This document shows positions 49,618-59,098 of a DNA stretch of 64,000 nucleotides, one piece after another. Position 1 is the first letter of the stretch; every line of letters starts with the position of its first letter. The stretch spans positions 12,329-76,328 of the forward strand of contig JBDTOV010000002.1 of assembly GCA_039933035.1 (NCBI GenBank). The letters run 5' to 3'. The position numbers were made by a program, and so were the translations under genes. The DNA is from Ginsengibacter sp. (GTDB taxonomy: Bacteria > Bacteroidota > Bacteroidia > Chitinophagales > Chitinophagaceae). The notes under the pieces are model-generated. The model did not search any database. It was not told the DNA's origin and saw only the letters and a program-made list of their open reading frames with translations.

Positions 49618-51930
49618 ATGAAGGAATATTTGGAGGGATTAAATGAACAACAGCGGGAAGCAGTTTTACATCGTGATGGCCCTATTATGATTGTGGCAGG
49701 CGCTGGCAGCGGAAAAACGAAAGTACTTACTACCCGCATCGCACACTTGTTGGCTACTGGCGTAGACCCATTTAATATACTGGCGCTTACTTTTACCAAT
49801 AAGGCCGCAGCAGAGATGAAAGAACGCGTTGAACACATTCTCGGAAACAATGAAGCCAGGAATATTTACATAGGTACTTTTCACTCGGTATTTGCCAGGA
49901 TTCTAAGAGCAGAAGCCGATAAGCTTGGCTACCCGAGAAATTTCACCATCTATGATACAGATGATGCAAAAAGCGTGGTAAAAACAGTTGTCAATGAATT
50001 GAATCTTGATGATAAGCATTATAAGCCCAATACAGTTTACAACAGAATTTCGTCCGCAAAAAACGCGTTAATTACACCCGAAGAATATATAAATGATTAT
50101 GGCCTGCAGCAGGAAGATATGCGGGCTAACCGCCCAATGATCGGGCAAATTTATTATGCCTATTGCAAACGTTGTTTTAAAAACGGGGCAATGGATTTTG
50201 ATGACCTGCTTCTGAAGTTTTATTTGTTACTGAATACGCATCCTGAAAGTTTGAGCAAGTACCAGCGCAAATTTAAATACATCATGATCGATGAGTACCA
50301 GGATACAAATACGGCCCAATACAGGATTATTAAATTGCTTGGAGCCATGCATGAAAATGTTGCGGTAGTAGGTGATGATGCGCAAAGTATCTATAGCTTT
50401 CGCGGCGCGACTATTGAAAATATTTTACAATTTCAAAAAGACTATGACGAAGTTAAAATTGTAATGCTGGAACAGAATTACCGGAGCTCACAAAGCATAC
50501 TTCATGTAGCCAATAATGTAATTGCCAATAATAAGGGGCAACTACCCAAAAAATTATGGACCAGCAACGAAGAAGGCGAGAAAATAAAACTCGTACGTAC
50601 CGCTTCGGATAACGATGAAGGAAAATATGTGGCGGATGCCATACAAGAACAAAAACTCCGCAATCATTACCGTAACAGCGATTTTGCTATTCTCTACAGA
50701 ACCAACGCGCAAAGTCGAAGCTTTGAAGAAAGCCTTCGGCGCATGAACATTGCCTATCGTATTTATGGAGGCATTAGTTTTTACCAGAGAAAAGAAATCA
50801 AAGATTTCTTAAGTTACCTGAGGGTTATTTTGAATCCTGGTGATGAGGAGGCGCTCAAGCGTATCATAAATTTTCCAGCCAGGGGTATCGGGAAGACGAC
50901 CGTAGAAAAAGCCGTTCTTTTTGCCAATCAGAATAATATATCTATGTGGAACGTGCTGGAAAGAGCGGCGGAATTTGGTTATCGTGCTTCTACCCTGGAG
51001 ATCATCAATAACTTTGTGATCATGATAAAAATGTTTCAAAGTGAATTGCAGAAAAAGAATGCTTATGATCTTGCCATTTTGGTTGGCAAAAATACCGCGA
51101 TCGTCAAGGAACTTTTTAATGATAAAACTACTGAGGGACTTGCCCGTTATGAAAACCTGCAGGAATTGCTTAACTCAATAAAAGAATTTACGGAAACACC
51201 AACAGAGGATGGAGAATTGTTAGACAAAACCCTTGGAAGCTATCTGCAACAGATTACACTATTAACCGATGCAGACGATGATAAAGGAGAAAAAGACGTT
51301 GTTAAACTTATGACGATACATGCTGCAAAAGGCCTGGAGTTTCCCGTAATTTTTGTAGGCGGGTTGGAAGAGACCTTATTTCCCAATGCCATGTCAATTA
51401 ATACAAGGGAAGAACTGGAAGAAGAACGAAGATTATTTTATGTAGCGGTAACACGCGCCAAGCAACGGCTTTGGCTAACGTATGCGAATACACGATATCG
51501 TTTTGGAAACCTCACGCAAAATGATCCAAGCAGGTTTATTGATGAATTGCCTGAAGAACGCCTTGACAGGGCTTTTGCCGGCGGCAATATGCGTAACAAC
51601 CAGGAAACAAATCACTGGAATTCGTTTGATAAAGCTAAAAGTAGTTTTGAAAAAAAAACTGGCGAACGCAAGCCAGTTTCAGAAAAACCAGCTTATCTTC
51701 TTACTTCGCAGGCCATAAAAATTAAAGAACATACACCGACAGCCGGCTTTGAACCAAGTGATACCAGTAATTTGCAGGCCGGCCAAAAAATAGAACACCA
51801 GAAATTTGGTTTCGGGGAAGTTATAAAAATGGAGGGAGCAGCCCATAACCCGGTCGCTACGGTAAAATTCGAGTACAACGGGGAAAAGAAAATTATGCTC
51901 AATTATGCTAAACTGAGAATTGTTGAATAA
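49618..51930 (+). CDS. UvrD/PcrA/Rep-family ATP-dependent DNA helicase
   Basis: 770 aa. Motif I VAGAGSGKT, motif II DEYQDTN, motif V/VI region TIHAAKGLEF and VAVTRAK. C-terminal Tudor-like tail. Confidence 0.92.
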   Translation: MKEYLEGLNEQQREAVLHRDGPIMIVAGAGSGKTKVLTTRIAHLLATGVDPFNILALTFTNKAAAEMKERVEHILGNNEARNIYIGTFHSVFARILRAEADKLGYPRNFTIYDTDDAKSVVKTVVNELNLDDKHYKPNTVYNRISSAKNALITPEEYINDYGLQQEDMRANRPMIGQIYYAYCKRCFKNGAMDFDDLLLKFYLLLNTHPESLSKYQRKFKYIMIDEYQDTNTAQYRIIKLLGAMHENVAVVGDDAQSIYSFRGATIENILQFQKDYDEVKIVMLEQNYRSSQSILHVANNVIANNKGQLPKKLWTSNEEGEKIKLVRTASDNDEGKYVADAIQEQKLRNHYRNSDFAILYRTNAQSRSFEESLRRMNIAYRIYGGISFYQRKEIKDFLSYLRVILNPGDEEALKRIINFPARGIGKTTVEKAVLFANQNNISMWNVLERAAEFGYRASTLEIINNFVIMIKMFQSELQKKNAYDLAILVGKNTAIVKELFNDKTTEGLARYENLQELLNSIKEFTETPTEDGELLDKTLGSYLQQITLLTDADDDKGEKDVVKLMTIHAAKGLEFPVIFVGGLEETLFPNAMSINTREELEEERRLFYVAVTRAKQRLWLTYANTRYRFGNLTQNDPSRFIDELPEERLDRAFAGGNMRNNQETNHWNSFDKAKSSFEKKTGERKPVSEKPAYLLTSQAIKIKEHTPTAGFEPSDTSNLQAGQKIEHQKFGFGEVIKMEGAAHNPVATVKFEYNGEKKIMLNYAKLRIVE

Positions 51931-51994
51931 AAAACCCATCTCAACAGTTCCTGGAGGTTGACGGGCATTATCTATATTTCATCTTAAATCTTGT

Positions 51995-52002
51995 TAACTT
52001 TG
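51995..52002 (+). promoter_or_regulatory. -7 box (TAnnTTTG) upstream of the NifU-like gene
   Basis: TAACTTTG lies 18 nt upstream of ATG 52021. Confidence 0.35.
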
Positions 52003-52020
52003 TACACTTAATTTTTTATT

Positions 52021-52620
52021 ATGATAAAAACAGGCAATCCCGTTATAAGTATATATACTGAAATGACTCCTAACCCCGAAACAATGAAGTTTGTAGCTAA
52101 TAAACTTTTATACCCGGGCAAAAGCATAGACTTCCAGGACGAACAAAGTGCATCAGCTTCTCCGCTGGCAATGGAACTATTTACATTCCCTTTTATAAAA
52201 TCTATTTTTATAGCAAGTAATTTTGTAACACTTACCAAAACAAATGATACGGAAAACTGGCAAGACGTTATTCCATCCATAAAGCAATTTTTAAAAGAAT
52301 ACCTGGAGGAAGGTAAACCTATAGTGAATGAAGAAGAAGTAGCTTCAAGAAAAACTGAAAGTTCGAATGAAGTGAGTGCAGACGATGGTGATGTCGTAAA
52401 ACGCATCAAGGAATTGCTGGAGAATTACGTTAAGCCCGCCGTTGAAATGGATGGCGGCGCCATCCAATTTAAAAGCTACGAAGACGGCAGGGTAAACCTG
52501 ATGTTACAAGGTAGCTGCAGCGGTTGCCCGTCATCGATGATTACATTGAAGGCAGGTATCGAAGGAATGATGAAGCGTATGATTCCCGAAGTGAAGGAAG
52601 TAGTTGCAGAGGCAGATTAA
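52021..52620 (+). CDS. Nfu/NifU-family Fe-S cluster scaffold/carrier (Nfu_N plus NifU C-terminal domain)
   Basis: 199 aa. N-terminal TPNPETMKF domain and C-terminal CSGCPSS motif. Confidence 0.85.
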   Translation: MIKTGNPVISIYTEMTPNPETMKFVANKLLYPGKSIDFQDEQSASASPLAMELFTFPFIKSIFIASNFVTLTKTNDTENWQDVIPSIKQFLKEYLEEGKPIVNEEEVASRKTESSNEVSADDGDVVKRIKELLENYVKPAVEMDGGAIQFKSYEDGRVNLMLQGSCSGCPSSMITLKAGIEGMMKRMIPEVKEVVAEAD

Positions 52621-52666
52621 AGGTCTCCTTTACATCTCTCTCAAAAAAGTAGTCATAAACATAATA

Positions 52667-52696
52667 GCATTTCGAAAGAGATGCTTTTCCTTTTTT
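52667..52696 (+). terminator. Rho-independent terminator after the NifU-like gene
   Basis: GCATTTC-GAAA-GAGATGC (7-bp stem, GNRA loop) followed by TTTTCCTTTTTT. It lies inside the N-terminal extension of the pnuC ORF, which supports the later start. Confidence 0.7.
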
Positions 52697-52807
52697 AGAG
52701 AAATTCATGTTTTTCTTTCTTACGTTTCAAGGTGCGTTCTAATTTATATTTGCTTTTTAAAAATATATTTGACTTTTTCAGAATTTTACCGGCAGTTTAT
52801 ATTGGAT

Positions 52808-53428
52808 ATGCAGCACACCACCTTGCTGGAATACGTAGCTGTATTCTTCGGTATTGCCAGTGTATGGTATAGTCGCAAAGAAAATATTCTCGTTTACCCC
52901 GTAGGGTTGGTCAATACAATTATTTATATCTATATCAGCATTAAGGGAAGTTTGTTAGGGGAAGCATCGGTAAATTTTTACTATACGGTAATGAGTATTT
53001 ATGGCTGGATATTGTGGACAAAAAAAAACCAGGAACAGGAACACATTGTTTTAATCACCTGGTCCGATACAAAGGAGTGGCTCCAGGAATTGTTATTTTT
53101 TGCATCTTTCTATATAGCCATTTTTGTGGCACTAACATATCTTAAAAAAGATTTTGCACCCGGTGCTATTCCATGGGCTGACGCATTTGCAAGCGGCACG
53201 GCTTTTACGGGTATGTGGTTGATGGCCCGCAAAAAAGTGGAAAGCTGGTATTGGTGGATAGCTACAAACCTTACATCAATTCCGTTGTACTTTGTAAAAC
53301 ATTATGTATTTACGAGTATCTATTATATTATCTTACTGATAATGGCTTTTTGGGGATTGAAAGAATGGATGCATAGAGCGAATAAAACTTTTGTTGAAAA
53401 CGAAGAAATTTCCCAATGGAAACAATAA
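52808..53428 (+). CDS. pnuC: Nicotinamide riboside transporter PnuC
   Basis: About 206 aa, polytopic. ARKKVESWYWWIATN signature. The start was moved from 52604 to ATG 52808. Confidence 0.85.
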   Translation: MQHTTLLEYVAVFFGIASVWYSRKENILVYPVGLVNTIIYIYISIKGSLLGEASVNFYYTVMSIYGWILWTKKNQEQEHIVLITWSDTKEWLQELLFFASFYIAIFVALTYLKKDFAPGAIPWADAFASGTAFTGMWLMARKKVESWYWWIATNLTSIPLYFVKHYVFTSIYYIILLIMAFWGLKEWMHRANKTFVENEEISQWKQ

Positions 53429-54018
53429 AAAAGTTTGTTGTCACCGGCCCTGAGTCCACCGGAAAAAGTACGTTATGCGAACAGCTCGCTGAGCATTATC
53501 ATACACTTTGGGTTCCGGAATATGCAAGAGAATATTTGGAGAAAAATGGAACGGATTACACCTATGAAGATTTGCTTACTATCGCAAAAGGACAGATTGG
53601 GTTAGAAGATTCAGTAAGCAAAAAGCTATCAGTAACGGACTTTGAGCATAGTACATCGAATACCGACCATCGATTATTTTTTATTCCCCCTTCGGGAAAT
53701 AAACAGTTACTCTTTATTGATACAAATATGTATGTAATGAAAGTATGGTGCGAATTCGTTTTTAATAAATGCCATAGCTGGATCCTCAACCAGGTTGCCG
53801 AAAGGCACTACGATGGTTACCTTCTTTGTAATACCGGTTTGCCGTGGATAAAGGATAACCTGAGGGAATATCCTGATGTAGAAACAAGGAATAAATTATA
53901 TCTTATTTATAAAGAGAGTTTGAATAACCAACCTGTGCCATGGGCAGATATAAGCGGCAATTATGATGAAAGATTTGAAAAAGCAGTAGCATTTATTAAT
54001 GAAAAAATGAAAGAATAA
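53416..54018 (+). CDS. NadR-type ribosylnicotinamide kinase-like P-loop ATPase
   Basis: 200 aa. P-loop VTGPESTGKSTL. Overlaps the pnuC 3' end by 13 nt, and pnuC-nadR linkage is classical. Confidence 0.75.
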   Translation: METIKKFVVTGPESTGKSTLCEQLAEHYHTLWVPEYAREYLEKNGTDYTYEDLLTIAKGQIGLEDSVSKKLSVTDFEHSTSNTDHRLFFIPPSGNKQLLFIDTNMYVMKVWCEFVFNKCHSWILNQVAERHYDGYLLCNTGLPWIKDNLREYPDVETRNKLYLIYKESLNNQPVPWADISGNYDERFEKAVAFINEKMKE

Positions 54019-54026
54019 AAGATGTT

Positions 54027-54740
54027 TCATTTCAACAAGGCAATAATATCAGGATCCGTTTCAAGATGATTCATTTGCCTTAATATCCAGGGATATCGCG
54101 AAGCCACATGTGCAGATAACGGCTTTATCGTATAGCCCTTAGGGTTAGGAAGGCAGGCTGCAATAAGCGCGGCTTCTTTTCTTGACAAATTTTTTGCGGT
54201 TTTATGAAAATAGTGTTCAGCAGCAGCTTCCACACCAAAAATTCCCTGGCCCATTTCTGCAACATTCAGGTACAATTCAAGAATTCTTTTTTTACTCCAA
54301 AATGTTTCAATCATAAAAGTAAAATACACTTCAAGCCCCTTACGGAAAAAGCCTCCATGCTGCCACAGAAAAACATTTTTTGCGACTTGCTGGCTAATAG
54401 TACTGGCGCCCCGCAGCGATTTACTTTTTTGATTGTGCTTCATAGCTTTTTGAATACTTTTAAAATCGAAGCCATTGTGGTCCGGGAACAACTGGTCTTC
54501 GCCCGCCATCACAGCAAGTTTCGCGTTACCGCTTATTTCACCCATGCGTACATAAATTCGGTGTAATCCGTTGCCAGAAAGCAGGCTACCGATTTGCGTA
54601 ACAGTAATTGGCGGATTTATCCATTTGCAAAACAGAATGTATAATATGGATAAGAAGAAGCCATATATAAAAATCTTAAAAATAGTGCGGGCTATCCTGG
54701 AGACTAATCTCCGCTTGTTTTTTTTTGTTTTAATTGTCAA
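54027..54740 (-). CDS. mtgA: Monofunctional peptidoglycan glycosyltransferase
   Basis: 237 aa. N-terminal TM and GT51 motifs EDQLFPDHNGFD and GASTISQQVAKN. Confidence 0.9.
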   Translation of the reverse strand: MTIKTKKNKRRLVSRIARTIFKIFIYGFFLSILYILFCKWINPPITVTQIGSLLSGNGLHRIYVRMGEISGNAKLAVMAGEDQLFPDHNGFDFKSIQKAMKHNQKSKSLRGASTISQQVAKNVFLWQHGGFFRKGLEVYFTFMIETFWSKKRILELYLNVAEMGQGIFGVEAAAEHYFHKTAKNLSRKEAALIAACLPNPKGYTIKPLSAHVASRYPWILRQMNHLETDPDIIALLK

Positions 54741-54751
54741 AAAAATAAATT

Positions 54752-55306
54752 TTAGTTCACATGAAGATATTGCAGGGAATATTTTTTACCGATTTCCATT
54801 CCTTTTCCATTTGACTTTGCGAGAAGATAACCAATACCGGCAAGCAAAGCTGCTCCGCCTACCAGGTAGGGACTTGCATAATAACGGGTGTTGGGTTTTG
54901 TAAATAGCCAGGTGCCTAAACCAACTACTGTTATAAGAACTCCGCCGCCAACCAGCGCCCCACCGGAAGCGGACCAGTCAAATTTCTTATATCCTGTTTT
55001 ACCAAAACCAGTTATTTGTTTATAGTTAACAGCAAAATGGTAGGTAGCAACGGTATCAAGAATATAAAAGCCAAGGGTTGTTGGTATTTGCCGGATATCA
55101 TACTGGAGAAGAAATAAAGAATCCCGGTGGATTGATTGTATAAAACCGGTATAATACCCATTCGATGTATTGAATGCAATTTCACTTCCCGGGAAAAAAG
55201 TTTGTAAAGGATGGCTTCTTTTTTTCAGTATGAGTATGTCGGAAGGCTGCGCCTCAGCAGACAAAAGGAACAGGTAGTAAATAATCGAAATAAGTAATGT
55301 TTTCAT
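54752..55306 (-). CDS. Hypothetical membrane protein (signal peptide plus Gly-zipper TM pair)
   Basis: 184 aa. Signal peptide and C-terminal GGALVGGGVLITVVGLG / VGGAALLAGIGYLL helices. Its ATG overlaps the LysE stop (TAATG). Confidence 0.5.
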   Translation of the reverse strand: MKTLLISIIYYLFLLSAEAQPSDILILKKRSHPLQTFFPGSEIAFNTSNGYYTGFIQSIHRDSLFLLQYDIRQIPTTLGFYILDTVATYHFAVNYKQITGFGKTGYKKFDWSASGGALVGGGVLITVVGLGTWLFTKPNTRYYASPYLVGGAALLAGIGYLLAKSNGKGMEIGKKYSLQYLHVN

Positions 55307-55956
55307 TAATTCAAGTGCCTTTTTATAAAGAATAAAACACCGGTGAGCAGTACAGTTCCGAAAATGAGCAAAATTAAACCTGATATTTTATTTATTAATC
55401 TTATATTTTTTATAGTAAGCTTTGAAGCAAGTTTACCAGCCAGGGTTACTTTAACAACATCTGCCGACATATTTAATACAAGGGTAGTAACGAAAATAAT
55501 AATGCGTTCTTTTATAGTATGGGTTACAGCGATAGCAGTAGCTGCAGTAAGCCAGAAAGCCATCACTGCAGGATTAAGCGTGTTGAGGAAAAATCCCTGC
55601 AGCGCTATTTTCGCATGGTCGCTGGCCCTTAACGGGGGTAAGGAAACATCCTCAGGATGCAGCGAAACTTTTTTGAAAAAAAGGTAATACAAACCCATGC
55701 CTATTAGAAACATACTTCCTGCTATACCAATTGGTTTTTTAAAATCAAGAAGATGTGTGACCAGTTCGGAAAAGATATTACTGAGAAGAACGAGCAAAAA
55801 ATCGCTCACCCATACGCCAATAACAAAGCTAAAGCCGCCTTCCTTACCATTGTTAATGCTTTGTTTGATTATTGTAAAGATTACAGGCCCCACAGAAATT
55901 ACCAGTAGAAGGCCCATCGCAAGACCTTTGAGTATTGCTTCAAGAACTTCTACCAT
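55306..55956 (-). CDS. LysE/RhtB-family amino-acid exporter
   Basis: 216 aa, about six TM helices, N-terminal GPV motif region (SVGPVIFTII). Confidence 0.8.
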   Translation of the reverse strand: MVEVLEAILKGLAMGLLLVISVGPVIFTIIKQSINNGKEGGFSFVIGVWVSDFLLVLLSNIFSELVTHLLDFKKPIGIAGSMFLIGMGLYYLFFKKVSLHPEDVSLPPLRASDHAKIALQGFFLNTLNPAVMAFWLTAATAIAVTHTIKERIIIFVTTLVLNMSADVVKVTLAGKLASKLTIKNIRLINKISGLILLIFGTVLLTGVLFFIKRHLN

Positions 55957-56053
55957 TTACATCAGGAGTATTTAGTGTTTAGAAAATAGGGGACCTATAA
56001 AACTACAAGTTGAACGGCGTCGCTGCGTTGTTATGGTTAATTAAATCAATAAA

Positions 56054-57580
56054 TTAAACCATTTCACCGTTCAAAAACTTTTGCCAGTCTTCCAACATTT
56101 TTCCCTTTAAAACCCTGGGAAATTTGTGCTGACCGCCCACTTTGCCTTTGGCTTTCATAAAATTCATGAAAGTTTTTTCGCTGAGTACGTCCACAAAAAC
56201 TTCTTTAAGAGCATGTTTTCTTTCCACCTCATAATCATCATTTAGCTCTTTAAGTTTTTCATCTATCATTATTTTTAACTTTTCAGAATTCACCTTATCA
56301 TCGGTAGCTATAAACCAGTGATGCGCAAAAAAATTGCCATAAGGAACCCCCGCAACTGTAAATTCACCAATGGATATATTTAGTTGCTCACTTACCAATT
56401 TAATTGCTTTATTCATGTTGTCAACGCTCAGGTGTTCACCTACCAGGCTTAAAAAATGCTTTGTACGGCCAGTGATGATAATTTCATTTTTATCAATATC
56501 AACAAACTTAACCGTATCGCCAATAAGATAACGCCAGGTACCGGCATTGGTACTTATAAGGATCGCATAATTTTTATTTTCTTCCACCTCGTGGATCATC
56601 AGGGTTTCCGGGTTTTCGACCATATTTCCTTCACTGTCAAAATTTTTATAATCAAAAGGAACGAATTCAAAGAAAATATTATTATTAAGCGCAAGTCGCA
56701 TTCCCTTGGCATCCTGCCTGTTCTGATACGCAAGAAATCCTTCGCTGGCAAGATACGTTTCTATGAAGGTAATGGGCTTACCCAGTAGTTTATTAAACCC
56801 CTTTTTATAAGGCTCGAGCGCTACCCCACCATGCACGTAAAACGCAAGGTTGGGCCATATCTCGTGTATATTTTTCAGGTTATACCGCTCTATCACTTTT
56901 TCCATGCAAAGCTGCACCCATGCCGGAACCCCTACAAGAAATGCGATATCCCATTCAGGAGCTTTCTCCACAATTTCATCCAGTTTTTTTGACCAGTCTG
57001 TTTCCTTGGCAATTTTTCTCCCGGGTTTATACATACCCTGGAACCAGAAGGGAATATTTTTTGCCTGTATGCCGCTAAGATCCCCGGCATAATATGTTGC
57101 TGATTTTTGTAAATGAGTGCTGCCACCAAGCATAAGCCAGCCTTTGCCAACAGATGATTTTGGTACATTACTATAACTGGCAAGGCTTATCAGCTGTCGG
57201 ATACTGGTAAGGGTATTGGCTCTTATAAGCTCTTTTGTAATCGGGATATATTTACTGGAAGCGTCACTTGTGCCGCTGCTTAGAGCGAAAAACTTAATAG
57301 TTCCAGGCCAGCATACATCAGGTTTTCCGTCCATGGCCCGATACCACCATTCATTGAAAATTTTACTATAGTTATATGTAGGTACAATCTGTTGAAAAGC
57401 TTTGCCCGGATGTCTGCTTAAAAGAATCTCATCAAACAGATATTTTTGGCCAAATTCTGTAAAGCGGGCCTTTCTCATTAATTTAATTAACACCTTCAAT
57501 TGCTGTCTCTTAGCAGAACTTACAGAAAAGTTTAATGCCCGGGAAAGAGATTTAGGTAATTTGAGATCTATTAATGCCAT
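56054..57580 (-). CDS. GH3-family (acyl-acid amido synthetase-like) adenylating enzyme
   Basis: 508 aa. LSSGTSDASSKYIPIT nucleotide-binding motif and overall GH3 layout. This family is common but uncharacterised in Bacteroidota. Confidence 0.85.
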   Translation of the reverse strand: MALIDLKLPKSLSRALNFSVSSAKRQQLKVLIKLMRKARFTEFGQKYLFDEILLSRHPGKAFQQIVPTYNYSKIFNEWWYRAMDGKPDVCWPGTIKFFALSSGTSDASSKYIPITKELIRANTLTSIRQLISLASYSNVPKSSVGKGWLMLGGSTHLQKSATYYAGDLSGIQAKNIPFWFQGMYKPGRKIAKETDWSKKLDEIVEKAPEWDIAFLVGVPAWVQLCMEKVIERYNLKNIHEIWPNLAFYVHGGVALEPYKKGFNKLLGKPITFIETYLASEGFLAYQNRQDAKGMRLALNNNIFFEFVPFDYKNFDSEGNMVENPETLMIHEVEENKNYAILISTNAGTWRYLIGDTVKFVDIDKNEIIITGRTKHFLSLVGEHLSVDNMNKAIKLVSEQLNISIGEFTVAGVPYGNFFAHHWFIATDDKVNSEKLKIMIDEKLKELNDDYEVERKHALKEVFVDVLSEKTFMNFMKAKGKVGGQHKFPRVLKGKMLEDWQKFLNGEMV

Positions 57581-57874
57581 TCAATTGGAAAGTTGAGAAT
57601 AGTAACAAATTTAGTGAATAGTAGATGCAGATGTAACATTAATTTACAAATGATTTGAAGCGTAAAGACAATTAACTTATATATTGGAATATAGCCGCCT
57701 GATAACTGTAAACTACCGTTTGCTAAATGAACGTGTTTTTTTAGAAAAAATAATGAAACTTAGCTCTCAGAAAGAATTTCAGGTGAAAATAATTTACAGG
57801 TTCGTGAAAGTTAAAGGGCTATAATAACGAATTTCTTTGTATATAAAAAGTGTGTGTAGTTTTTAATCAGGAGG

Positions 57875-57905
57875 CTCCCGGCTGGTTTTCGTCGGGAGTT
57901 TTTTT
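57875..57905 (+). terminator. Orphan terminator-like hairpin in a 585-bp intergenic gap
   Basis: CTCCCG-(12 nt)-CGGGAG followed by T7 on the plus strand. No annotated plus-strand gene lies upstream. Confidence 0.4.
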
Positions 57906-58165
57906 ATTTCAGCCCTTGTATAGCTGGTATTTTTAGATCTTTTAGTTTCTTTATGCTTTTTATTTCCTTTCATGTTCCCGGGTTATTTGTAGCAGGTACG
58001 CTCCACTTTACCTTTTTCACACGTCTGATCTCTAATTAATTTAAGTTGGTAAAAAATTTACACTAATTTTACCACAAATACGGTTATTCAATCTTTTATA
58101 TGAAGTTACCGGTTTTTCTTTCGCGGCATGCCCTGCTGACTAAAAAATAAAATTAGAATTTTTAC

Positions 58166-58558
58166 ATGTACAATCACATCTGGAAAAAATATTTGCCCAT
58201 TATCAAAATATTAATGAAAAAGGCATCCGCGGAAGACCAGGTTTTAGACCTGAATAGGGTAGATTTTGAGAGGGCGGGCACCGGGCGAAAAGCAGGCTAC
58301 AAATTTATTATTGAATTTACTGATGGAAAAGTGGGAAATGTTATTAGTGGCTCTACCCTGGCGATGCATCTTGCCTCCGTAATACTGGAAGATGAAAATG
58401 CTAAACAGATTCTCAGGGAAAATAATTACGAAGTAAGTCTCAATACCAAGTTTCAGTTATCTATTAAAAATACTACTATTGCTCCGGTGAGCCAGCCTGT
58501 GCCTAAGAAAAAGGGTAAAGAGGCTGTTAAAGAAGCCAAAGAGGAGGGTGATAATTAA
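58166..58558 (+). CDS. Hypothetical protein with Lys/Glu-rich tail
   Basis: 130-aa ORF with coding-like composition. No motif recognised. Confidence 0.45.
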   Translation: MYNHIWKKYLPIIKILMKKASAEDQVLDLNRVDFERAGTGRKAGYKFIIEFTDGKVGNVISGSTLAMHLASVILEDENAKQILRENNYEVSLNTKFQLSIKNTTIAPVSQPVPKKKGKEAVKEAKEEGDN

Positions 58559-58698
58559 ACCGGTTGCTCCTGGCATTACTTTGCAAAATTTCTTTTATTT
58601 ATTTGACATTCCTGCTTAAACACTTCAGTTATTCTTTGTAGGAGAACAAAATGCTTAAAAAATAGTTTATTTATAGACAAAACCAAAAAAATAAATTT

Positions 58699-58899
58699 GT
58701 GTCGAAGAAGTATTATCAGAAAAGAAAGGAATCATCTGGTGAAAAGAAGGGGTCAGTTAGCGAAGCGGGATATAATGAAGAAAATGAAATAACATCCAGG
58801 CAATTCCCAAAAAAAAATCCTGCTCCTTCCAAAGTCAAAGATGACCCTTCAGTGGATTCAATTGCAAAGCAAGGTGACATTCCTGCCAAAAAGAAATAA
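58699..58899 (+). CDS. Possible small Lys/Glu/Ser-rich disordered protein
   Basis: 66-aa ORF with a GTG start and low-complexity sequence. An antisense ORF of similar size exists, so support is weak. Confidence 0.25.
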   Translation: MSKKYYQKRKESSGEKKGSVSEAGYNEENEITSRQFPKKNPAPSKVKDDPSVDSIAKQGDIPAKKK

Positions 58900-59098
58900 T
58901 AACAATGTGAACCATCTTTTTCTCCGGTTTTCTCATTTTTTATAAACATACATTACGGATGACCTGCGAGTTAGAATCAGGTGAATACAAGCTGTTTTCA
59001 GAAAAGACCCCCCAAACAAGTAAAGATGAACTTTTATAATACAAAAAATTGCCGCTAATAAACACTGACAGGAAATTTAATATTTTTAAAAATCAATA

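Noticed and set aside
52621-52807. Looked for NAD-related riboswitch or regulator sites upstream of pnuC (and of nadA at 11352-11858).
   Set aside because: I could not recognise a conserved structured-RNA core. The pnuC leader holds only the NifU-gene terminator, and the short AT-rich dyads upstream of nadA are not significant in this composition.
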